A stretch of 64,000 nt of DNA. It comes from Bacteroidota bacterium. Its GTDB lineage: Bacteria; Bacteroidota; Bacteroidia; UKL13-3. The first letter of the stretch is position 1, and every line of letters begins with the position of its first letter. Positions 19,140 through 27,696 of the stretch are shown in pieces. The translations under genes and the position numbers were made by a program. The notes under the pieces were generated by a model that saw nothing but the letters and a program-made list of their open reading frames with translations, had not been told where the DNA came from and searched no databases. The stretch covers positions 4,325 to 68,324 of the forward strand of contig JBAXCN010000004.1 in the NCBI GenBank assembly GCA_037141455.1, given 5' to 3'.

Positions 19140-19619
19140 ATGAAAAAGTTTTTTATTTCAACAATTATTTTAATGGCTATTTCGTGCGGAAATAGCAACA
19201 GTGGCAGCCAAGCAGGAACTGATTTAGTAAATAACCCTGCATCGCCCGAAAATCCAAATGCCGAAAATCCAAATGTAACTGAAATTACTTTTGATCAAAA
19301 CATTTATGATTTTGGAACTATTAAAGAAGGTGATGTTGTAAACCACAAATTTAAATTCAAAAACACTGGAAAAAATCCATTGCTAATTACAAGTGCTAAT
19401 GCAAGTTGTGGTTGCACAGTACCTAGTTGGCCCAAAAAACCAATTGCTCCCGGAGCATCGGGCGAAATAGATGTGACTTTTAATAGCGAGGGTAAACCTA
19501 ACCATGCTGAGAAATCGGTAACGGTTACCGCAAATACAACACCTACCAATACTGCTTTACTTGTAAAAGGAGAAGTAACGCCAAAAAGTGGAGAACAAGC
19601 AAAACCAAACACACATTAA
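19140..19619 (+). CDS. DUF1573 domain lipoprotein
   Basis: 159-aa ORF with a signal peptide and lipobox (ISC), then FDFGTIKEGD...F.F.N.G...L.I......CGCT, characteristic of DUF1573. Confidence 0.8.
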   Translation: MKKFFISTIILMAISCGNSNSGSQAGTDLVNNPASPENPNAENPNVTEITFDQNIYDFGTIKEGDVVNHKFKFKNTGKNPLLITSANASCGCTVPSWPKKPIAPGASGEIDVTFNSEGKPNHAEKSVTVTANTTPTNTALLVKGEVTPKSGEQAKPNTH

Positions 19620-19644
19620 CAACCAATAAAAAATAAACACAAAC

Positions 19645-19968
19645 ATGAATTTTACATTATTACAAGCAGCTGCAAAAGGTGGCGGATGGGAACAATTGAT
19701 ATTTTTTGTTCCAATGATTGCAATTTTTTATTTCTTTATGATTCGCCCTCAAATGAAGAAGCAAAAAGAACAGAAAAAATTAGTTGATTCGATAGCTAAA
19801 GGCGACAAAATAGTAACTTTAGGTGGCATACAAGCTAAAGTAACTGAGGTTAACGAAACCTACTTAATTATAGAAAGCGAAGGAACTAAGTTGAGAATTA
19901 ACAGAAGTGCAGTGAGCATGGAAGCAACAGTTGCGCTTAACCCCGTTAAAAAAGAAGAAACTAAATAA
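19645..19968 (+). CDS. yajC: Preprotein translocase subunit YajC
   Basis: 107-aa ORF with a single TM helix followed by IRPQ.KKQKE...... GD.I.T.GGI. Confidence 0.85.
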   Translation: MNFTLLQAAAKGGGWEQLIFFVPMIAIFYFFMIRPQMKKQKEQKKLVDSIAKGDKIVTLGGIQAKVTEVNETYLIIESEGTKLRINRSAVSMEATVALNPVKKEETK

Positions 19969-20091
19969 TACCAATTACATTTATAAAATAGTTTAAAGCT
20001 ATTTTATGAATTAAAGAGTAAAATAAGAATGTTCTTATCAGAACAACAGGTTTAAACCCGTTGAAAAATGAACATAATCCTCTTCACAAAA

Positions 20092-20148
20092 CCCTGGAAA
20101 TCTTCTCGAATGCCAAAGCTATTCATGAAGATTTTCGGGTTTTTTTTT
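20092..20148 (+). terminator. Strong intrinsic terminator in the yajC-coaE spacer
   Basis: 13-bp stem with one bulge (ccc-t-ggaaatcttc ... gaagattttcggg) followed by nine T residues (20140-20148). Confidence 0.65.
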
Positions 20149-20283
20149 ATTATTAATTTGATTATGTCACCACCAGTTTCACTGATGGCTATTCTTATTA
20201 AATTCCACCGGAGTTTACATTTTTGTTTTAAAATAAATATTACTTTATTATCAAAATCAAACCATTTTTTATTTAATTTGAAT

Positions 20284-20883
20284 ATGTTAAAAATAGGAGT
20301 TACAGGCAGTATAGGTTCTGGTAAATCAATTGTATGTAAAATATTTGCTCAACTTGGTGTCCCAATTTATAATGCTGATGAAAGGGCTAAACATCTTATG
20401 GTTTCTAATGATACTATTGTTAAAAAAGTAAAATTACTTTTTGGAAACGAAAGTTATACTGAAAATGGAACATTAAACCGAAATCATATTTCGAAAATAG
20501 TGTTTGAAAATAAACAGCTTTTGCAGGAATTAAACCAGTGTGTTCATCCAATTGTTTTTGCTGATTTTGATGTTTGGTTATTAGAACAAAAAGAGAATAA
20601 AGCACCATATATTATAAAAGAAGCGGCTTTAATGTTTGAAACGGATAGCTATAAAAATATTGACAAATTTATAGTAGTTACTGCCCCAATTGGTGATAGA
20701 ATAAGGAGAACCATGCAACGCGATAATATTACAAAAGAAGAAGTGGAAGCCCGAATGAAAAACCAAATGTCACAAGAAGAGAAATTAGCCAAAGCCAATT
20801 TTGAAATTAAAAACAATGAACAAGATTCGTTAATTGAACAAATTGTTTTATTGCATAAAGAGTTTTTAGAAGGCGAATTATGA
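20284..20883 (+). CDS. coaE: Dephospho-CoA kinase
   Basis: 199 aa from the internal ATG (MLKIGVTGSIGSGKS P-loop at the N-terminus, as in CoaE). The track start at 20068 adds 72 residues that run through a terminator. Confidence 0.85.
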   Translation: MLKIGVTGSIGSGKSIVCKIFAQLGVPIYNADERAKHLMVSNDTIVKKVKLLFGNESYTENGTLNRNHISKIVFENKQLLQELNQCVHPIVFADFDVWLLEQKENKAPYIIKEAALMFETDSYKNIDKFIVVTAPIGDRIRRTMQRDNITKEEVEARMKNQMSQEEKLAKANFEIKNNEQDSLIEQIVLLHKEFLEGEL

Positions 20884-20957
20884 ATTATGAATTATGAATT
20901 TTGAATTATGAATTTTGATTTATGAATTATGAATTTTGATTTATGAATTTTGAATCA
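20881..20957 (+). repeat. TGAATTW heptamer array (11 units)
   Basis: tgaatta tgaatta tgaattt tgaatta tgaattt tgattta tgaatta tgaattt tgattta tgaattt tgaatca. The first TGA is the coaE stop codon. Confidence 0.95.
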
Positions 20958-21160
20958 ATGTTGTTTATTTAAAGGAATTCGACCCTTTCAGGTTCGCTAA
21001 TACTATGCTTCAATCTCCCCAAATTTCATTTGGGTCTATTAATATTCAATCCTTTCATGATTGCTTTTGTTTATAAAAAAAACAAAGGGGTTTAAATATA
21101 GAGTAATAATGCCAACTACTAAGTAGTTGAATATAAAAACACCTTAAATAAACGACATTG
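20956..21160. mobile_element. MITE-like non-autonomous element (~203 bp)
   Basis: Terminal inverted repeats caatgttgtttatttaaagg (left) and ccttaaataaacgacattg (right), with 1 mismatch and 1 indel. It is flanked by the direct repeat (tg)aattttgaat at 20944-20955 and 21159-21170. No ORF, and hairpin-rich inside. Confidence 0.6.
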
Positions 21161-21210
21161 AATTTTGAATATTAATTTGCATTATTAATAGATTACAAAC
21201 AATAACCAAA

Positions 21211-21240
21211 GCCAGAAGCCAGATGCCAGCAGCCATTACC
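21211..21240. repeat. GCCAGNN heptamer array (4 units)
   Basis: gccagaa gccagat gccagca gccatta, ending on the first base of the stop codon of the minus-strand gene 21240..22487. The unit and copy number match 14530-14559. Confidence 0.85.
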
Positions 21241-22487
21241 TATATAGTTTCATAAATTATCAATCCAGTTCTTATTTTAGGTTCTATCCAGGTCGATTTT
21301 GGAGGCATTATTAATTGTTCGTCTGCTATTTGTTTTACCTCAGCTATGCTTGTTGGAAATAAAGTAATGGCCAAGTCAAAATCGCCACTGTCAACAGCGC
21401 TTTGTAATGGCAATAAACCTCTGCTGCCATCCAAAAAGCTTAATCGTTTATCGGTTTTACTATCTGTAATATTAAAAATACGTTTTAAAATAAATTCCTC
21501 TACTATACTTACATCAAGCATTTCGAGGGTTCCATTCAATTCTTTTTCGAACTCTGGCTTTAAATTTATAACATAGGCATCGTTGTTAAAATAAATGCCA
21601 AACTCACGATTTTTTAACGGTTGAATTGGTATATGACCACTTGGGAAAATATTAAAAAAGGCATTCAATTTTGATAAAAAATATTCATTGTTTACAATGA
21701 CTTCGTCTTTAATTAATCTATGGTATTCGTAAATGTATAATTTATTAAAAGGAATTAAGCAAACAGGATAAAAATTAAATAATTCGTTGCCATTGTAATT
21801 AGGATTTTTTGCTCGCATGGTTTCAGTATAAGTAGCGCAACCAGCACTTCTGTGGTGCCCATCGGCTATGTATAATTTATCAATTGCTGCAAAAGCATTT
21901 TCTATTTTAAGTAAATCAGCTTCGTTGCTTATAGGCCATAAATTATGTTTCAATTGGTCTTGACTAATGAAATTATACTCAGGTGCATGACCCAAAATGG
22001 TTCTATTTATTACCTCTTCTATGTCATCATTGTCGGGGTAAGTAAGTAATACAGGATTTCCTAACCCACTATAAAATTCAATGTGTTCGGCCAATTCATT
22101 TTGCTTTTCGGTAAGTGTGTTTTCGTGTTTTAAAATTACATTATTGTTATAATCATCAATAGCAGCAGAGGCAATTAACGAAGTATAAGCCACACTACCT
22201 TTTATAATTCTATATACATAAAAACAAGGTGTTTTATCTTTAATTAAAACCTGTTCATTTTTAAATTTGTTCAAATATTCTAAGCCCAAAGGGAAATGCT
22301 TAATTGGGTTTTTCTTTTCACCTTTAAAATGCAAATAAGGCTTTACCACATGCAAATAACTATATGGATTTTTTAATATTTCGTGTGTTGAAAGTTCACG
22401 CAAACTACTATCGTAACTAGGTGCCGAAACTTGCGCAACTTTATCTTTAGCTGGACGCAATGCTGCAAAAGGTTTTATAATAGCCAT
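21240..22487 (-). CDS. DUF1015 domain protein
   Basis: 415-aa ORF beginning MAIIKPFAALRP, with an ADGHHR motif typical of DUF1015. Confidence 0.75.
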   Translation of the reverse strand: MAIIKPFAALRPAKDKVAQVSAPSYDSSLRELSTHEILKNPYSYLHVVKPYLHFKGEKKNPIKHFPLGLEYLNKFKNEQVLIKDKTPCFYVYRIIKGSVAYTSLIASAAIDDYNNNVILKHENTLTEKQNELAEHIEFYSGLGNPVLLTYPDNDDIEEVINRTILGHAPEYNFISQDQLKHNLWPISNEADLLKIENAFAAIDKLYIADGHHRSAGCATYTETMRAKNPNYNGNELFNFYPVCLIPFNKLYIYEYHRLIKDEVIVNNEYFLSKLNAFFNIFPSGHIPIQPLKNREFGIYFNNDAYVINLKPEFEKELNGTLEMLDVSIVEEFILKRIFNITDSKTDKRLSFLDGSRGLLPLQSAVDSGDFDLAITLFPTSIAEVKQIADEQLIMPPKSTWIEPKIRTGLIIYETI

Positions 22488-22529
22488 TAGGTAGGTTGTT
22501 TTAAGTTATATGCAATTATAATTTTTTAC

Positions 22530-22564
22530 TTGATAGTTGCTTGTTGATAGTTGTCAGTTGAATG
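22530..22564. repeat. TTGNNNG heptamer array (5 units)
   Basis: ttgatag ttgcttg ttgatag ttgtcag ttgaatg, 43 nt upstream of the DUF1015 start codon. Confidence 0.8.
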
Positions 22565-22730
22565 CTTTTAATTATAAAGTTAATTTTTCCCATATTAAAT
22601 GATACACCAACCTTAAATCAATATTAAATGATGTTGCAATGATTCGTGATCTTGTTTAAAAACTAGAACCACTTAGAAACATAGAAATCATAGCTTTGAA
22701 TTTTGTTTCAATCAGTGTGATATGTGTAAT

Positions 22731-22996
22731 CTGTGGCAAAGTTGTTGGTGACGCTTCGCTTAAACACCAACAATGGCGCAAAAAATCATAGTTCAGACAA
22801 GCTGTGGCAAAGTTGTTGGTGGCGCTTCGCTTAAACACCAACAATGGCGCATGTATCATTTCATGATAATCATTTAAATCAAAAAAAATCATAGTTCAGA
22901 CAAGCTATGGCAAAGTTGTTGGTGGCGCTTCGCTTAAACACCAACAATGGCGCAAAAAAACATAGTTCAGACAAGCTGTGGCAAAAGTTGTTGGTT
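22731..22996 (+). repeat. ~65-nt hairpin-containing repeat, 2 full and 2 partial copies
   Basis: catagttcagacaagctRtggcaaagttgttggtggcgcttcgcttaaacaccaacaatggcgca at 22787-22851 and 22890-22954 (1 mismatch). Partial copies lie at 22731-22780 and 22961-22996. Each has a ttgttggtg / caccaacaa stem. Confidence 0.9.
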
Positions 22997-23068
22997 AAAT
23001 GAGGAAACAATGATTGATAATTTAGGATTCATTTTTTTTACCGAAGCCAATCGATATTTGAAAATATT

Positions 23069-24607
23069 ATGTTTAAAAAAGAAAATTTTTTAGCCGACTT
23101 ATCTGCCTCTATAGTAGTTTTTTTTGTTGCCTTACCTTTGTGTTTAGGTATATCATTGGCTTCAGGTGCGCCTCTAGCTTCAGGGTTAATTTCAGGTATT
23201 TTTGGTGGAATAATTGTTGGATTAATTAGTGGTTCGCATACCAGTGTGAGTGGACCCGCAGCCGGACTTACTGCCATAGTTTTAACTTCAATTCAAGTGT
23301 TAGGGAGTTTCGATTTGTTTTTATCAGCTTTGTTAATTGCTGGAATTATTCAAATTATTATTGGCTTTTTAGGAGCAGGAATTATAGGGAATTTTGTTCC
23401 CTCATCGGTTATTAAAGGAATGTTGGCTGCAATTGGCATTATTTTAATTTTTAAACAATTGCCTCATGCAGTTGGGTACGATGTAGATTTTGAAGGAGAC
23501 GAATCATTTAATCAACTCGATCACCAAAATACTTTTAGTGAGCTTTTAAATATTTTTGATAGATTTAATACTACTGCAGTTATTATTGCTTTAATTACCT
23601 TTTCAGTTCTGTTTTTAGGGGAATATACTAAATTAAAAAAATATAAACTTTTTAAGGTAGTTCCTATATCGTTATTAGCAGTATTATTAGGCACTTTAAG
23701 TAGTGTTTTTATAAATTATTTCTTTCCTAATTATGCTTTAGAAAGCAATCATTTGGTACAAATACCAAATTTAATTAATAGTAAAAATTTTAACTCACCC
23801 AACTTTTCTCGAATAGCAGAGTTTGGTGTTATATTAATTGCATTTAAAATTGCAATTGTAGCGAGTTTAGAAACCTTATTGAGCATAGAAGCTTCTGATA
23901 AATTAGACCCTTTTAAACGAATAACGCCAACTAGCAAAGAATTAATAGCACAAGGAATAGGAAACTCTGCATCAGCTTTATTTGGTGGCTTACCTGTTAC
24001 TGCAGTTATTGTTCGTAGCAGTGCCAATATAGTTGCAGGTGCTAAAAGCAAATTATCAGCTATATTACACGGTTTGCTTTTATTGGTTTGTGTACTTTTA
24101 TTCACTCAATTTTTAAATCAAATTCCATTATCAAGCTTGGCTATTTTATTATTATTTGTAGGCTATAAACTTACGAAGCCATCATTATATAAAAACATTT
24201 TCGATAAAGGATTAGCTCAATTTTTACCTTTTATTGTTACAGTTATTGCCATTGTTTTTACCGATTTGTTAATTGGGGTTTTGGTTGGTTTGTGTGTATC
24301 TATTTATTTTATTGTAAAAAATAGTTATAAGCGAACCATTACTTTATTAAAAGACAATAATAATTATTTAATAAAACTAAAAGGAAATGTTTCATTTGTA
24401 TATAAAGCAGTTCTTAGAAATCATTTAGAAAAAATACCCAATGGAGCATATGTTATTATTGATGGTTCAGGCGCGTTGTTTATTGATTTAGATATTATAG
24501 AAGTAATTGACGAGTTCATAGAAATGGCACACCACGAAAATATTACAGTTGATAAAAAAACCACTGTTTCAAGTCCAAATACTTATTTTAAAAAAAGTAA
24601 CTTATGA
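23069..24607 (+). CDS. SulP family inorganic anion (bicarbonate/sulfate) transporter with C-terminal STAS domain
   Basis: 512-aa polytopic ORF with SulP-type N-terminal motifs (D..A...V.....P..LG.A.ASG) and a soluble STAS-like tail. Confidence 0.85.
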   Translation: MFKKENFLADLSASIVVFFVALPLCLGISLASGAPLASGLISGIFGGIIVGLISGSHTSVSGPAAGLTAIVLTSIQVLGSFDLFLSALLIAGIIQIIIGFLGAGIIGNFVPSSVIKGMLAAIGIILIFKQLPHAVGYDVDFEGDESFNQLDHQNTFSELLNIFDRFNTTAVIIALITFSVLFLGEYTKLKKYKLFKVVPISLLAVLLGTLSSVFINYFFPNYALESNHLVQIPNLINSKNFNSPNFSRIAEFGVILIAFKIAIVASLETLLSIEASDKLDPFKRITPTSKELIAQGIGNSASALFGGLPVTAVIVRSSANIVAGAKSKLSAILHGLLLLVCVLLFTQFLNQIPLSSLAILLLFVGYKLTKPSLYKNIFDKGLAQFLPFIVTVIAIVFTDLLIGVLVGLCVSIYFIVKNSYKRTITLLKDNNNYLIKLKGNVSFVYKAVLRNHLEKIPNGAYVIIDGSGALFIDLDIIEVIDEFIEMAHHENITVDKKTTVSSPNTYFKKSNL

Positions 24608-25254
24608 TGAACGAATATGAAAAATTATTACTCCAAAACAAATCGTGGGTAACTGAAAAGATAGATCAAGATGAAAACTATTTTATACATTTAGCTGAAT
24701 TACAAAAGCCAGAGTTTTTATGGATTGGTTGTTCTGATAGCAGGGTTCCTGCCAATGAAGTTACCAATACCGAGCCAGGTGAAATATTTGTACACCGTAA
24801 TATTGCAAACTTGGTAGTAAATACCGATTTAAACATGTTGAGCGTTTTAAAATATGCAGTAGAGGTTTTAAAAGTAAAACATATAATAGTATGCGGTCAT
24901 TATGGTTGTGGTGGAGTAAAAGCGGCCATTACCAATCACCATTTTGGTTTATTAAACAAATGGTTAAGGAATATTAAAGATGTGTATAGATTGCATTTTA
25001 ATGAACTTGAAAAATATGAAAGTGTGGAAGAAAAAACTGATGCTTTGGTTGAATTCAATATTGTAGAGCAAGTACATAATTTAGCCAAAACATCAATTGT
25101 ACAAAATTCGTGGAGGAATAGCGAATATCCTGTATTACACGGTTGTGTATATGGTTTAAAAAACGGAATATTAAAAGATTTAATCACCATTGACAAAAAC
25201 TCGCCAATGGATCCTTTATACAAATTTGACTTTGATAGTATTATTGTGGAATAA
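24604..25254 (+). CDS. Beta-class carbonic anhydrase
   Basis: 216-aa ORF with zinc ligands in CSDSRVP and HYGCGG, plus the FVHRNIAN motif. Its start overlaps the SulP stop (ATGA). Confidence 0.9.
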   Translation: MMNEYEKLLLQNKSWVTEKIDQDENYFIHLAELQKPEFLWIGCSDSRVPANEVTNTEPGEIFVHRNIANLVVNTDLNMLSVLKYAVEVLKVKHIIVCGHYGCGGVKAAITNHHFGLLNKWLRNIKDVYRLHFNELEKYESVEEKTDALVEFNIVEQVHNLAKTSIVQNSWRNSEYPVLHGCVYGLKNGILKDLITIDKNSPMDPLYKFDFDSIIVE

Positions 25255-25302
25255 ATTTAAACCTTATTAGTTTTATGAAGTCTTATGCTGAAAAAAAATA
25301 AA

Positions 25303-26610
25303 ATGAAAAAGACTTTTATACTTCTATTATTTTTTGCTGGTTTTGTAAAATTAAATGCGCAACAAATTTACTTTCCTCCTTTAAGTTTCAATGCTAATTG
25401 GGATACTGTTTCACCCTCGTCATTGGGTTGGTGTTTACCCGAAATTGATTCGTTGTATAATTTTTTAGAAAAAGAAAATTCAAAAGCTTTTATAGTTTTA
25501 AAAGACGGAAAAATAGTAATTGAAAAATATTTTAGTACTTTTACTAAAGACAGCATTTGGTATTGGGCATCGGCCGGCAAAACAGTTACTTCGCTTTTAA
25601 TTGGCAAAGCGCAAGAGGAGGGTTACCTAAAAATTACAGACACCTCTTCAAAATATTTAGGAAAAGGTTGGACAGATTGCACCGAACAACAAGAAAATAA
25701 AATGAGTATTTTAAACCAATTAACAATGACAACTGGTTTGGACGATGGAGTAGTTGATAATCATTGTACTGATAAAAAATGTTTAATATTTAAAGCAAAT
25801 GTTGGAACAAGATGGGCTTACCATAATGCGCCCTATACTTTACTAGAAAAAGTAATTACAAATGCTACTTCAGCTACAATAAATAATTACACTTCTCAAA
25901 AATTATCTTTAAAAACGGGTATTTATGGTTTGTGGTATTACAATAATAACGACAATGTATTTTATAGTAAACCTAGGAACATGGCAAGATTTGGATTGCT
26001 TTTTCAAAATAACTGTAAATGGGGAAATGAAGCTATTTTAAATGATACCGATTATATCAACAAAATGATCAATACCTCCCAAAATTTAAATCTTTCGTAT
26101 GGTTATTTGTGGTGGTTAAATGGAAAAGCTTCCTACATGGTTCCAACCTTACAAACAGTTATACCCGGAAGTTACGCGCCACAAGCACCTGCTGATATGT
26201 TTGCAGGAATTGGTAAAAATGGACAAATAGTATGTGTTTCAAAAAGTAAAGGTTTGGTTGTAGTTAGAATGGGCGATGCACCAACTAATTTTGGGGAAGT
26301 GCCTACACTTTTTTGTAATCAAATATGGCAAAAACTAAACGCTGTTATGTGCAATAAAACCAATGCTGATAATACAATTAATTTAAAGGAGAGTTTAACT
26401 TTTTATCCAAATCCATCAAAAAATGAATTGGTAATTAATAATCCGCTTGGTTTAGAGTTATCCATTTCAATTGTTTCACTATTAGGAAACATACAAGATA
26501 TAGATGTAATTAGTAATAAAATAAACATAACTAATTTAAGTAACGGGTTATATTTCTTAAAAATAAAATCAAGTAATAATACAGTTATTTATAAATTTTT
26601 AAAAGAATAG
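25303..26610 (+). CDS. Serine hydrolase (beta-lactamase/transpeptidase-like) with T9SS C-terminal sorting domain
   Basis: SxxK motif (SAGK), signal peptide and a C-terminal ~75 aa (FYPNPSKNELVI...GLYFLKIKS) matching the Por/T9SS CTD. The start could be 25285 or 25303. Confidence 0.7.
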   Translation: MKKTFILLLFFAGFVKLNAQQIYFPPLSFNANWDTVSPSSLGWCLPEIDSLYNFLEKENSKAFIVLKDGKIVIEKYFSTFTKDSIWYWASAGKTVTSLLIGKAQEEGYLKITDTSSKYLGKGWTDCTEQQENKMSILNQLTMTTGLDDGVVDNHCTDKKCLIFKANVGTRWAYHNAPYTLLEKVITNATSATINNYTSQKLSLKTGIYGLWYYNNNDNVFYSKPRNMARFGLLFQNNCKWGNEAILNDTDYINKMINTSQNLNLSYGYLWWLNGKASYMVPTLQTVIPGSYAPQAPADMFAGIGKNGQIVCVSKSKGLVVVRMGDAPTNFGEVPTLFCNQIWQKLNAVMCNKTNADNTINLKESLTFYPNPSKNELVINNPLGLELSISIVSLLGNIQDIDVISNKINITNLSNGLYFLKIKSSNNTVIYKFLKE

Positions 26611-26643
26611 CTGTTTATTTGTTCAAACTTAAATTAGTTTGAA

Positions 26644-27054
26644 ATGAAATATTACAAATATATTTTTTCTGTATTATCTGGAATTTTTATTGCGGCAATC
26701 ATTATTTTACCTTTGGAACAAATAATATATAAATTTTTTCCTACGCCTTCAAATATTGACTTAAATAATTTAGATGAAATTAATAAACATGTAGGTGAAT
26801 TGCCTTATACAGCTTTTATTTTAGAGGCTTTATGTTATGCTTTAGGAGCTTTTATGGGTGGTGTTGTTGCTACTTTATCATCCAATAGAAATCAAATTTA
26901 TCCTGCTTTAATTGTTGGTTCAGCACTAGCAATTGGAGGATTATTTAATCCGGGCCCAATGCTATTTAATTTATTTAGTATTTTTGTTTATATACCATTT
27001 TCATTATTAGGTTATTTACTAAGTAAAATAAAAAAACAAAAGGACTTTTATTAG
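26644..27054 (+). CDS. Hypothetical small membrane protein (about 4 TM helices)
   Basis: 136-aa hydrophobic ORF with no recognisable motif. Confidence 0.45.
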   Translation: MKYYKYIFSVLSGIFIAAIIILPLEQIIYKFFPTPSNIDLNNLDEINKHVGELPYTAFILEALCYALGAFMGGVVATLSSNRNQIYPALIVGSALAIGGLFNPGPMLFNLFSIFVYIPFSLLGYLLSKIKKQKDFY

Positions 27055-27110
27055 TTAATTGTTAAAAGTAAAGGTTAAGTGTTTGTAAATATTATTTTTG
27101 ATATCAATTT

Positions 27111-27692
27111 ATGATATTACTAGACAATACAATCATTTCGGAGGATATTTTAGAGAAAAATTTTATTTGCAATTTGTCTGCTTGCAAAGGTGCATGCTGT
27201 ATAGAAGGTGATTTTGGAGCACCTATAACTGAGGAAGAAATTGAAACTATTGGAGCCGAGCTTTCAAATATATTACCTTTCTTAAATTCCGAATCGGTTA
27301 ATGAAATCAATAAAAAAGGAATTTGGGAAAAAGACATCGATGGCGATTTGGTTTCAACTTGCCTACCTTCAGGCGAATGTAATTTTTCAATTAAAGAAAG
27401 TGATGGAACTTTAAAATGTGGTATAGAACAAGCTAACAAGGCAGGTAAATCAAGCATTCAAAAGCCTTTGTCGTGCCACTTATATCCAATTAGAATTAGT
27501 AAAGTAGGTAATTACGATGCAGTTAACTACCATAAATGGGATATTTGTAAACCTGCTTGTAAACTTGGCGATGAACATAAATTACCTGTATTTCAGTTTT
27601 TAAAAATACCTTTAATAAGAAAATTTGGAACTGAATGGTTCAATGAACTGAGTTTTGTTGCAGCACAAAGGGAGAGTGATAAAATTAAATAA
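27111..27692 (+). CDS. DUF3109 family Cys-cluster protein
   Basis: 193-aa ORF with CKGACC near the N-terminus and a later SCHLYPIR, resembling the YkgJ-type CxxCxxCC superfamily. The family name is from memory. Confidence 0.55.
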   Translation: MILLDNTIISEDILEKNFICNLSACKGACCIEGDFGAPITEEEIETIGAELSNILPFLNSESVNEINKKGIWEKDIDGDLVSTCLPSGECNFSIKESDGTLKCGIEQANKAGKSSIQKPLSCHLYPIRISKVGNYDAVNYHKWDICKPACKLGDEHKLPVFQFLKIPLIRKFGTEWFNELSFVAAQRESDKIK

Positions 27693-27696
27693 TGGC

